A stretch of 64,000 bases of DNA. Source: Octopus bimaculoides. Its lineage: Eukaryota. A program made the translations under genes and the position numbers. Below the pieces are notes generated by a model. The model saw only the letters and a program-made list of their open reading frames with translations, was not told the DNA's origin and did no database searches. The stretch is from positions 167,941,364 through 168,005,363 of the forward strand of contig NC_068983.1 of the NCBI RefSeq assembly GCF_001194135.2, read 5' to 3'. Below are positions 27,545 to 39,180 of the stretch, piece by piece (position 1 is the stretch's first letter; each line of letters opens with the position of its first letter).

Positions 27545-28510
27545 TCATGATCATCATCATTCAACGTCCGCTTTCTATGCTAGTATGGGTTGGACGGTTT
27601 GACTGAGGACTGGTGAACCAGATGGCTACACCAGACTCCAATCTGATCTGGCAGAGTTTCTATAACTGGATGCCCTTCTTAACGCCAACCACTCTGTGAG
27701 TGTAGTGGGTGCTTTTTACATGCCACCGGCACGAGGGCCAGTCCGGCAGTACTGGTAATGGCCACGCTCAAATGGTGCTTTTTACGTGCCACTGGCACGG
27801 GAGCAAGACCACTGCTCTGGCAGTGATCCCGCTTGGATGGTGCTGTTAGCGCTCCACTGGCACGGGTGTCAGTCATTGAATTTGGTTCAGTTTTGATTGA
27901 TCTCACTTGCCCCAACAGGTCTTCGCAAGCTGAGTTTAGTGTCCAATGAAGGAAGGTTGGCATGGGTGCCAGTCATCGAATTTGGTTCAATTTCAATTTC
28001 GATTTCACTTACCTCAACAGGTCTTCGCAAGCGGAGTTTAGCGTCCAATGAAGGAATGTTACGTGTAAGTGGGCTGGCTACATCCCTGGCAGAGGCCTTG
28101 GATTTTGGTCTCACTTGTCTTGCTGGGTCTTCTCATGCACAGCATATTTCCAAAGGTCTCGGTCACTAGTCATTGCCTCGGTGAGGCCTAATGTTCGAAG
28201 GTCGTGCTTCACCACCTCATCCCAGGTCTTCCTGGGTCTACCTCTTCCACAGGTTCCCTCAACCGTGAGGCTATGGCACTTTTTGACACAGCTATCCTCA
28301 TCCATTCTCGCCAAATGACCATACCAGTGCAATCGTCTCTCTTGCACACCACATCTGATGCTTCTTAGGTCCAACTTTTATCTCAAGGTACTACACTCTG
28401 TCGAGTATGCACACTAACATTACAAATCCATTGGAGCATACTGGCTTCATTCCTTGCAAGCTTATGCATGTCCTCAGCAGTCACGACCCAGGTTTCACTG
28501 CCATGTAACA
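27545..28510 (-). mobile_element. RTE LINE 3' end with 3'UTR and (GAT)n tail
   Basis: ORF 28111..28374: RSIRCGVQERRLHWYGHLARMDEDSCVKKC..GTCGRGRPRKTWDEVVKHDLRTLGLTEAM. The tail appears as catcat on + at ~27545. Confidence 0.9.
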
Positions 28511-28856
28511 TGGCTGTTCATATATAAGTGTACAGTAAAACCCCTGATGGTAGAGCCTGAAAAGTGTAAAGTTTCAACGGTAAACTGGGTGGAGTTAATG
28601 GTAAGGTGAATAAGGAGAGTTACCGAAGATCTGATAAGGCAGGGAGAGATGTCCAAGAGAGGCAGGATCAAACTGGGGTGACCATGTGAGTGTATGTTAC
28701 ATATGGTTCAAACGTACAGAAAACACAAGACAAAGAGAAGAGAGAGAACAACAAGCAGGTGTATTAGTTTGATGCTCAAAAAGAATGGAAAAGTCTTTGA
28801 CATTATGAGCCTACCTTCCTTGACAGAAAGGGATGAGAGGGGGAAGAGAGAGAGGG

Positions 28857-28911
<55 letters not shown>

Positions 28912-29732
28912 GTGTTGGGATTAATGGAACCATTAATCGCAACACTTTACAGAAACTGTTGAATTTATGGAGAAAATCTATACTTAAAAATACAATGTCC
29001 TCAAAGAGTTTATCTTTCCTGAAACAGTCTTGTGAATAGTTGGCATTTGTCTGTACTACCTTCTCAGTCTTAACAGCTATAAGTAATATAGTTGTGAGTG
29101 CAGTGAAAAAGGGGCTGTTTACAATCTGTAACTCTAAACTCTCAAAATATTGTGTACTGTAGTAAAAACAACTGAAGATGCTATGCATTGTAATGCACAA
29201 CACATGATGAAAGTGTTGAAATATCTACCCTTACCACACACCCAATAAATTTAGGCCTCCATCATAAAAATGCATGTAAATGTGCATAAACCACAAATCA
29301 GGGATTCATCTTTTATGAATGTCCCATGCAGTGAACATCTAGATAACTGTGCAAATGAAAAATTTACAAAATAAATGATGAAAATGTACAACTTTGAAAG
29401 AGAAAAGAAGAATACTTTATAAGAATTTTAAATCTGAAATGAAACCAAAAATAGCCAACACCCCATATAATAAACACTGGTAAAAAAATATTTATGACCA
29501 AAACCAGAAAATAGTACTATCACTACCACAAAAATAACAACTTCCTCTTTAAGAGCACGTGTGTTTGAAAAGGTTTATCAAAAACATTCACACACTAGAA
29601 AAAAAAACTTCTTCCCAAAAAAGGTTAGTAACATCCTCATAAAAGATTTCATAATATTTTTTTTTAATAATTTTTATTAAAAAATCATCTTCACACTTCA
29701 AAAAGTGTATTCAGTTATCCTCATAGACTTTC

Positions 29733-29780
<48 letters not shown>

Positions 29781-31295
29781 AAATATCAAACACATATACA
29801 CAAGGAACGTGTTTTGCTAGTTCATGGGTGGGCTGCACTTGCAGGCATAAGAGATAATATTCTCTTGAATGCATCTGGCATTTAAAATACCTGAGAAGTC
29901 ATAGACAAGTGAGATAACTCACATCAGATCCCATGCAGGAGTCATAGGCATCAACGTGTCATCATTTTGGGGACTTGTCAATAGTGTGTACCCAATGCAC
30001 ATACAAACAATGTGCTTCTTTCAATTTCTACCAAATCCATTTACAAGGTTTTGGTCAGCCCAGGGCTACAGTAGAAGACACTTGTTCAAGGTGCCATGCA
30101 ATGGGACTGAACCCAAGACTACATAGTTGGGAAGTAAGCTTCTTAACCACACAGCCATGCTTGCACCTTCTATCTTTATAAACTTCAAAAATATTTTCAA
30201 CAAAGACTACATTGAACTTCTGTTGATAAATGTATTAGATAAATGTGCATGTGAGGAACGATACATGTAACCAGCTAGCCCCGTGCCATCAAAAAGGACA
30301 GCTAATTGTGGTATTTTATATATATATATGGATGGCCAATCAAATTAATACCCTTGTCAATGTTCATATACATTCACATACATTCCCTTGTACACACACA
30401 CACACAGAGTTGAAACACTGACTTTTCTTTTCACAGTTGAATGTTCACCATCCCCACCAGTTTGCCATCACCCCTTCCTTTCTCATTCATAAGCTGAGAC
30501 GGAGAATAATACAAGAGTGTTATTATAATAGATATCACATAATACACACACACACACACACACACACACAGATTTAAAGCGGAAGGAGAAATAGGTAGTA
30601 GTGATTTGAAGATAAACTTTCAGTGCAAGTTTGTTTTTTGTTCAACTCCTACATAAATCTCTGAGAGATCTAAAAATGTATTATTTCTATTTTTGAAATC
30701 AGTGAATGTGTTTTACTAGAATTATTATATGTTTACGAGAGCCTGACAAGCATCTCCAACTAGCAGGCCATTGCTACTCCAGACTGATGACGAGCAAAGA
30801 CTCAGAAACATGTCTCTGGATGCAGGCTAAGTTAATTGGAAGTGCTTGTCTCCCCCTCGTAAACATAAGGACACAGGAAATGTGTCGAGGCAGACAGGAA
30901 GTGGTGCTGCTTCCTAGGGCTAAATAGCAGTAGTATTATTCTCTTCATGGGACTCTCAACATTAAGTTGACAACATACAACTACTTTATTGCATCACCAC
31001 TGCATAAACCTCTCTGAGAGATTTAGAAACGTATTATTTCTATTACTGAACATAATTGTAGCTAAAATTGGATTTATCTAATAATTTCAAGAACGTATTC
31101 AGTTTACTTTGGGAAAAATCTATTCAGATTATAAAAACTACGTTTTGAATAGATTTAAACAAATATAAATATATAGACTCACTAATAATTTCTTTTCATT
31201 GAACAAGATGTAAAAATAATCCAATAACTTCCTGATGTTTTCAATAGGTTCCCTCCCCAACCATAACCTTTTTATTTATATGGATGGATGGATGG

Positions 31296-31329
<34 letters not shown>

Positions 31330-32825
31330 CCCTGTAAATCTTAATAGAGTCATTCTTATACATACATAAATATACCAATTAACTACATTTTACAAGTCGG
31401 AAAATGGATGAAAATTGCACGATATGTGAAATACAGATGAACCAACATGAAATAACTTATTCTATTGGATGATTAAGTCAGTACAAAAATAATTGCCTTA
31501 TTGTTACTTCACAGACATAATCCAAAAACAAAATCAATTAATGGACTTATAAAAATATAATTAGTAAATGTAATCAAAAGATAAGATATAGCAGTAACTA
31601 CAGAGCAAGGCAAAATTTAAGATTATCAGCTTCAAAAAGAGAGACAAACAGCCATACTCTTTCACATAATATACAAGTACAAAATGGATTCTGTCTTTTT
31701 CTCTTCCAGTTTCAACCTACCTCACTCATAATTAGGCAAACTAACATTGATGGTTTCAAAATCCCAACAAACACTAATTTTCTCACAGATTTTCAACTTG
31801 TTTATAAATCTCTGAACTTTTAAAATATGCTAATCACTGTTGTATTTTGTCTTTGAAGAACATCTTTTCCTTTCAAACAATTTTTATTCACAACACACTC
31901 AATTAATTGAGATAAGTGGCCTTTGAGACGCTGTGGTGCTTCGACTTGGTTGTGAATCTTCAGTCAAATCTACATATGGATCAATGAATCTAAACAAGAA
32001 CTGCAGTTCTTGTTTGTTGTATTCAAATGCCTTTCCTAACACCAACCACTTCACAGAGCATACTAGGTGTGCTTTTTTATGCTACCAGAACGGGTGAGGT
32101 CAGCAAGTGGCTCACAAGACGAAACTCTTCAACTGTGAGGTTACTTTATGATCAGAAGTTAAAGCATTATAGAACAGGAAAGAGAGAAAGTATGGTGGAA
32201 ATGAGGCATCAGGGAATACACTGAAGGCATAAGAAAGCAGTGAAAAAAGCAAGAATAGGAACAGGGAATTAGGAAAGATAGATGGGTAGGTTTGCAAAAG
32301 TGTGAAGACAGAAATGGTAGATGGTTAGAGATGGGGATAGAGGTGAATGCAATGAATGGAAAAAATGGGAGTGGATGCGTGGGTAATGGTGAGTTTCCGT
32401 TTGGCAGGTAAGGTGAAGGAAAATAAGAGTTGATTGGAGAGGAGGCCAATAAATAGAAACAATAACCCCACCCCCACCCCCGTACATAGATGAAAAATAA
32501 GGAAATGATGTGGGAAGAGTAGGGAAGTGAGAGGGATGCAGAGTGACAGAAACAGGTGAATATAGCGAGTGACAAAGATGGAGATGAGTGAAGAATGGCA
32601 GATATGAGAGGGTGTTCAAGGGAAGATGGCATCTCGTGGAAAATAGAAGAGGAAGGAATGAACTGAGAATGTGCGACCGATGATGAAGAGAGAGAACTGG
32701 TAGGACAGAAGAGGGATGGATGCAGGCGGTTCTGCTTTCATAATTAAAGCAGTTAAGTTCCAAAGAACAGTGGCGGAATGATGAGTATTAAGAAGATGAG
32801 GTTTGAACTGGGGCAGATTAGGCAT

Positions 32826-32912
32826 GAAAGGTGGATATAGTGAGTGAGAAAGGTGGATATAGTGAGTGAGAAAGGTGGATATAGTGAGTGAGAAAGGTGG
32901 ATATGAGTGAGC
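32826..32912. repeat. 22-bp minisatellite, 3 perfect copies + 1 degenerate
   Basis: The unit gaaaggtggatatagtgagtga starts at 32826, 32848 and 32870, with a deleted copy at 32892. Confidence 0.9.
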
Positions 32913-33977
32913 AAAGGCAGAAATGAAAGGTGTGGTTTTAGGACCTCAGTTTTACTGAAATGAAAGCATCTTCTCAATCATAGCAAGTTACAAATCATCT
33001 TCATCTTCTCTCCCATCTTGCTTAATCCCCAAATACATTTTTTTTTTCATGTTTATTCAAGTGATAGTGTCATGATTTACAAGTTGTAACTATTCTATTG
33101 ACTCCACAACTCTGTTTCATTTATGTTAATGCAATCTATTTTATATCAAAGTGAAACTCTGTGAAAACACTTGATTGCATCCATCCAACCCAAGCCAGCA
33201 TGGAAAGCAGACGTTAAACGATGATGATGATAAGGAAATGAACAGACTAAAATTAAGAAGCAACTAACTAGATCAATATTTGAGCAAAGTAGGTAAGGAG
33301 TTTGTTCCATAGAAATAACAGTCCAAGAAGAAGGAGTGAGGAGGAAGAGAATTAAGTTACAATAACCATGGAGAGTCTTTGCCAAAAAAGTAAAAGAGAA
33401 AATGGCTATATTCTTCTTTATTAAAGGGTACACAGTCTGTTGTAAGCCATTTAGTAATCACTCTTTCGTATAGGATTCCCTGCTGTTTAACCTCTTAATC
33501 CCTACCTTATATGACTTACCTCATAGACTTAAATCTAATTGCAACAGTTGTTGATGTCTAGCCCACACACACCACACACATTTATGTCTGTATATATATA
33601 TATATATATATATTATCATTTTATATCTACTTTCCATGCTGGCATGGCTTGGGCAGTTCAACAGGATCTGACACATCAGATGATAGTGTCCTGCTCCAAT
33701 GTCTCAGTTTTGGCATTGTTTCTACAGCTGGATGCCATTCCTTCTGCCAACCATTTTACAGTGTGTACTTGGTGCCATTTCCATACCACCAGTACTAGTG
33801 AAGTCATCATGTGGCTTGCAAGACTACAAAGTTCAAGGGAAGTAGGGCTTTATGCTAAGAAATGAGGAGTTAAAGCATGAGACATGTCATAACAGAACCT
33901 GTTTCTTGCAGTAGAGGAACTTCAAGACTATTAACATTTTAGAAGAGAGGTTAGATGTAATCAATTGGAGCTGGAAA

Positions 33978-34019
<42 letters not shown>

Positions 34020-34616
34020 ATTATATATATATATATATATATAGTAATAATATATATATATAGTAATAATAATAATAATCCAAAGATGGAATTTATAAAT
34101 ATTTTAATGTTAAAATATTCATAAATTCCATCCATGGACTATTATTATTACTACTACTACTACATTTATCCTATGTTATATCAGCACAGCTTGGTGCAAA
34201 CCCATAAAATTACTGTTGAATGTTGGATTCAGAAATATAAGCCTTTAAAACCTTTCAAATGTGTCATGGGTTAAAACAAAATTAAAATTCTCATTTCCAA
34301 TCATCATCATCATCATCGTTTAACGTCCGCTTTCCATGCTAGCATGGGTTGGACGATTTGACTGAGGACTGGCAAGCCAGAAGGCTGCACCAGGTTCCAG
34401 GCAAAAGTTAATCACTGAGATGGTCGTGGAGGGGTGGCAGTGATGGTAATTTCACCTACTTCTTTAATATTCTCTCCCATCTACTCCATCACTCTCTCTC
34501 TCTCTCCATACCTCTCACAACTATAAATCTGTTCATCTCCTTTTAGTTCACCTTTTTAGGCATTTTCTTTCTGTCTCTCATTTATTCTCCTTTAATTACA
34601 GGGAAAATAAAAATTT

Positions 34617-34842
34617 ACATGAAAACAGGTTAAGTCATAAAGCAACCTCTCTAGTGCTGGTACCCTGAAAAAAAGTAGGCAATACACCCCTGTAAAGCAA
34701 CTGGTATTAAGAAGGGCATCAAGTGAAAGAAAGCAAGTTCAAGCAGACATTGGAGCATGATGCAGTCCCCTGACTTGTTGGATCCTGTTGAATTATTCAG
34801 CCTATGCCTGCGTAGAAGGTGAAAGTTAAATGATGACAAGGA
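34617..34842. repeat. Left arm of 226-nt inverted repeat (old SINE-derived sequence)
   Basis: Hand alignment to the reverse complement of 35702-35927 gives 217/226 identity with no indels. Confidence 0.95.
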
Positions 34843-35229
34843 ATAAATGCACTAAATCATTTATTCCCTAGGGCTTTGATGCATTTATGAATAGAACTAT
34901 TTCACCATCATTTGGTTATTTTTATATATTCTTAGTATAATAGGTACATACCTTTTTTTTTTTCCTTTTTTTATAAGCAATGTACAACAAAATTAATTCT
35001 TTTGGGAAATAACTTCCAGAAAACATATCCCTCAAATATCAGTCTATAGGAATACAATTACATTCAATAAATCTATTAGTATTTAAAGTTTCTAGCATGA
35101 GATGACCAAACTTCAGCAAAATTGTTAATCACAAGTGGTTTTAATTATATTTGTTAACAAAAATTAATACTATTTTCAATATTGAAATACATCAGAAAAA
35201 CACATTTGTAATGAAGTTTATTAACTTAC

Positions 35230-35339
35230 CATTCCAACAGCTTCTTTGTCGAATGGATTCCATGGCACAGTTTCTGGGTAATGTGCTAAAACTTTGGATT
35301 TGTATGGTCTTCTCAATGGAGCACAATGAAGATTATCTC
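35230..35339 (-). CDS. DENND5: DENND5 coding exon (uDENN N-part), 110 nt, phase 1->0
   Basis: Not in the ORF track. Minus strand reads ttttttccacattacAG|GA GAT AAT...GGA ATG|GTAAGT and translates (G)[36 protein letters not shown]. This matches the DENND5 uDENN motif (KSKVLAxYPE.V.WNPFD..AVGM) and joins in frame to LCLPKG of the next exon. Confidence 0.93.
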
Positions 35340-35701
35340 CTGTAATGTGGAAAAAAAAAAACTATATGAAACACAACAGATTTTCTTAAGATAAAACATT
35401 TACGGTTGTCAATCTTAATACATACAGATCAGCTTACATAGATGAAAGAAAAATAAAGAAACAATTTCTACCTTACAAAAGATGACTTGGTTTGATATGA
35501 ATCCCAAGCAAAATCTTTTTAACTGAACCCTAATTTCAAGTTGAATTCAAATAATAACTAAAGCTGACACAAGCGATAACTCTAAGGGATAATAATTCTG
35601 CAGTAAATGCTAACAGTTGATAATTTGTAATCAATAATCTTAAAATAACTCAGCACTGACAGAATTAATTGATAATTTTTGGATGCTTGAATGAAGCCTG
35701 A

Positions 35702-35927
35702 TCCTTGTCATCATCTAACTTTCACCTTCTACGCAGGCATAGGCTGAACAATTCAACAGGATCCAACGAGTCAGGGGACTGCATCATGCTCCAATGTCTG
35801 CTTGAACTTGCTTTCTTTCATTTGATGCCCTTCCTAATAGCAGCTGCTTTACAGGGGTGTATTGCCTACTTTTTTTCAGGGTACCAGCACTAGAGAGGTT
35901 GCTTTATGACTTAACCTGTCCTCATGT
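35702..35927. repeat. Right arm of 226-nt inverted repeat
   Basis: Reverse complement of 34617-34842. Also visible as the near-identical twin ORFs 34651..34839(-) and 35705..35893(+). Confidence 0.95.
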
Positions 35928-36078
35928 GCTCTACATTCTCACAGGTTTATAGGAATAATTCAATAGTTTGAATTACAGTGACATATAACACCAGTGTATG
36001 TGTTTCCTCAACATATGGGCAGCTAATCAAATGGTAAAGATCAAGTCATACATTTCTTAATGGAAGAAAACATTCTAT

Positions 36079-36304
36079 TTAACCCTCTAGCATTTAAACT
36101 GGCCATTATCAGGTCCAAAAATCCTACAAGTTGTATGTTTAAACTGACCAAATTCTGTTTCCCACACCTACCATACAATATCATTCTAAAAATATACCAT
36201 CACATCACTGAAATCTAGAAGCAGTGAGATAATGTATGACTAACTGAAACCAATTTGAAACAAGCATTACATTTGACAGAATAATTTGAATGCTAAAAGG
36301 TTAA
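36079..36304. mobile_element. piggyBac-like MITE (TTAA TSD)
   Basis: TTAA CCCTCTAGCATTTAAA ... TTTGAATGCTAAAAGG TTAA. A homologous copy is at 21852-22066. Confidence 0.8.
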
Positions 36305-37204
36305 GACAAACTTTCAGCTGAAATTTCAAATAGGAAGAAAGAAAGAGATGTCTTAGAATAACTTTAAAAATATTGAGCATGTCAAATCAACAAAATTGTT
36401 ATCACCTAAACAAATCAATGCCTAGAATTATTTTCCAGATACTTCTCTTAGCATAAACATTCCTTATTTTTGCTGAAAGAATTGGAAAAATATATATGGC
36501 TTATGGTCTCTGTTATGACATTGGTATAAAATGGTATTACACAAATAAATAGTTGGTTGTGGTTAACTAAAAATAACCTGCCACAGAAATGCAATTCCAT
36601 GCTACTTGAACTCCTGACTGTTAAACCAACACCGATTGAACTAACACCATCAACTATGCTGCTGACATTTCACTCAGGTCTTATTTATTGTAATCGGTTG
36701 GTCCACCTTCAGTCACATAGGGGCGTTCAGGATTCTGCCGAAACAGTCTCTAGTTTTGTTCACCTACATTCTGAGTTCAAAATCTACCTGAATCAACTTC
36801 ACATTCCAATATATTAGATAGCTGATATAGAAGTTGATTCAAAAGGTTATACTTCTTCTACAAAAGTTGGTCTGGTGCCAAGTAAAGTTTACCAAAAGGT
36901 AAAAGTGAAACAAGCGTAAGATGTGACCATTTCTTATAAAAGTAGAGTTTAATCCTTTGACGTTGAAAGGGTATTATTCATTTTCTAGACTATCTTACAA
37001 ATAAACAAGGACAAAAAAAATAATTGGGGGATAGGATTCACCATGAAGTTTTGGTGTCAAAATCTCTACCTGATGGTCTCCTGAAGACTATGGACAACAT
37101 TGTTAAAGTGGTGAATTACATAAAATCACATCCCCTACGGTGAAGACATTTAACCCTAACCCTATGTAAAACTATGGATTCTGATTTTAAGTGTTTACTG
37201 CTTC

Positions 37205-37860
37205 ATACAGAAGTGCGATGGCTATCAAAAGGAAAAGGGCTGTCTCAATTTATCTCTCTGCGAACTGAAATAATATGCTGAAAATTCTGGATTTGAATTG
37301 GTGGCTGGAAGTAACATTTCTCAATGATCTTTTTGAGAAGTTGAACATTTTAAATTTGAGTCTGCAAGGAACGAACGAAAATATTATTAAATTACAAGCA
37401 AATTAAAGTCTTTCACCAACAAGTCAGAACTGTGGATAAGGAAAGTTAAAAACTCACAGCATAATTGCTTCCCAGGTGAAGAGGCTTTTCCCAACTAATT
37501 AAAAATTTTGTCAGAAATGCAGAAGATAGTAGAAAACCTCTCTCTATCATTTCCTAAGTATTTTCCATCACTTGATTATCAAATGTATGAGTGGGCCATC
37601 AATCCTTTTGCAAGATATGATAGTATAGCCCTGCCATTAACAGAAGAAAATTTAATAGACTTGAAAAACGATCCTGTGCACAAAGCCTCATTTTCTGTGC
37701 TAGAATTGTCAGAATTTCAGATTTTGCTTTGGAGCCAATATCCTTGATTAGCTGCTACAGCCATTAAATCTCTGTTGCCCTTTGGAGCATCATAACTTTG
37801 CGAATTAGCTTTCTCTGCGCTTATGGAAATGAAGTAAGAAAAACAGGAACGATTACAATT
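37205..37860 (+). mobile_element. hAT (Buster/Charlie-type) transposase remnant
   Basis: TEVRWLSKGKGL..F..LR.EI; FLNDLFEKLNILNLSLQG; WAINPF; LIDLKND; YP*LAATAIKSLLPF..*LCELAFS (hATC dimerisation domain). Multiple stops. Confidence 0.85.
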
Positions 37861-37898
37861 GTATCCTTCTCACTAAAAATATTATTATTGTGTTATAT

Positions 37899-37962
<64 letters not shown>

Positions 37963-38954
37963 TGTTCATAAAACAATGTTATTTTATTGCTACCATGATA
38001 AGAATTTATTTATTTTTATTCATACTAATAAAGTATATTCAATTTTGTTGGGATTTTATTTGGTGTGCCATAAAGTAAATTCTCCTCATCCAATGTGTTG
38101 TAAGGTAAAAAAAAAGTTTGGTAGACACTCGTCTGGACAGTGATAATTTTCTGCATATTTTTTGCCAGACCACTTGTCTGGCACTGTCAAACTTTTATAA
38201 ACTTCTGCTGTCAAAGAAAATGGCAATGCTGCAGGCAACAATTTTCTAATTCCCGCCCCACCCCTCTTGTGCAAGAAACAATCACAAATCAATAAGAGAA
38301 AGTCATCAATCACAATAATGATTTTGTTGTTCCCTCCCCCTCCAATAATGAACATTACAAGTGAAGGTATTAATTATTCTCACAACTTAACATCAAAACC
38401 ATTTTCTCCTACATAAAGCTTCTTTGTTTCACTCATTGGACTGTGGTCATGCTAGACCATCATCTTGAAGTGCCCTAGCATGACAGCTCTTCACATTCCA
38501 AGTTCAAATCCACAGAGGTCAACTTTGTTTTCCATCCTCTTAGAGTTGATAAAGTAAGTACCTGTTGAGCATTAGAGACAATGTAATCAACTAGACCCCT
38601 CCCCACAAAATATCAGGCCTTATGCCTATAGTAGAAAGCATTATTATTATTATTATTTTGGTTCAGGCTCAGTCTTATTCCTGGAAGGATTTATGTGAGT
38701 AGTGGGTAACTACGGTAACTTGAGGTAGCCACAAGTTTTCAGCAATCTTTCAAGTGCTTAGAACTCTCCTGATAATCCTTGCTGTCCCCAAGAGACAAAC
38801 TTTCTATAGGAGCTCTACTGGGCATTCTATTCCAATCTCCTTCAGCCATTTCTCTAGATCTTTGCTTATTGTTCCCAATGCATAAATTATCATAAGCATG
38901 ACCTTTACTGTTCTCATGCTCTATATTCTTCATTATCACCATTATTATTAATAA

Positions 38955-39140
38955 GGTGGCAAGATGGTGGAACTGTTAGCATGCCAGACAAAATGCTTAG
39001 CGGTATTTCATCCATCTTTACATTCTGAGTTCAAATTCCACAAAGGTCGACTTTGCTTTTCATCCTTACAGAATCAATGTAATCAACTTACCTTTCCCCC
39101 CTGAAATTGCTGGTCTTGTGCCAAAATTTGCAACCATTAT
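38955..39140 (+). mobile_element. SINE family B copy
   Basis: gttagcatgccagacaaaatgcttagcggtatttc...ttctgagttcaaattcc...ggtcgactttgc. Confidence 0.8.
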
Positions 39141-39180
39141 TATTATTATCATCATTATTATTATTATTATTATTATTATT

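Noticed and set aside
32826-32912. CRISPR-like array
   Set aside because: Head-to-tail repeats without spacers in a eukaryotic intron, i.e. a minisatellite.
34651-35893. Twin 62-aa ORFs (MSS.NFHLLRRHRL...) as a duplicated small gene
   Set aside because: They are a by-product of the inverted repeat in SINE-derived sequence, with no homology or gene signals.
36500-36670. Open minus-strand frame (IVDGVSSIGVGLTVRSSSSMELHFCG) as an extra DENND5 exon
   Set aside because: The apparent donor gives phase 2 while the next exon needs phase 1, and there is no DENND5 similarity.
38086-38355. 89-aa minus-strand ORF as a candidate exon
   Set aside because: No GT donor in a compatible phase was seen and no recognisable motif.
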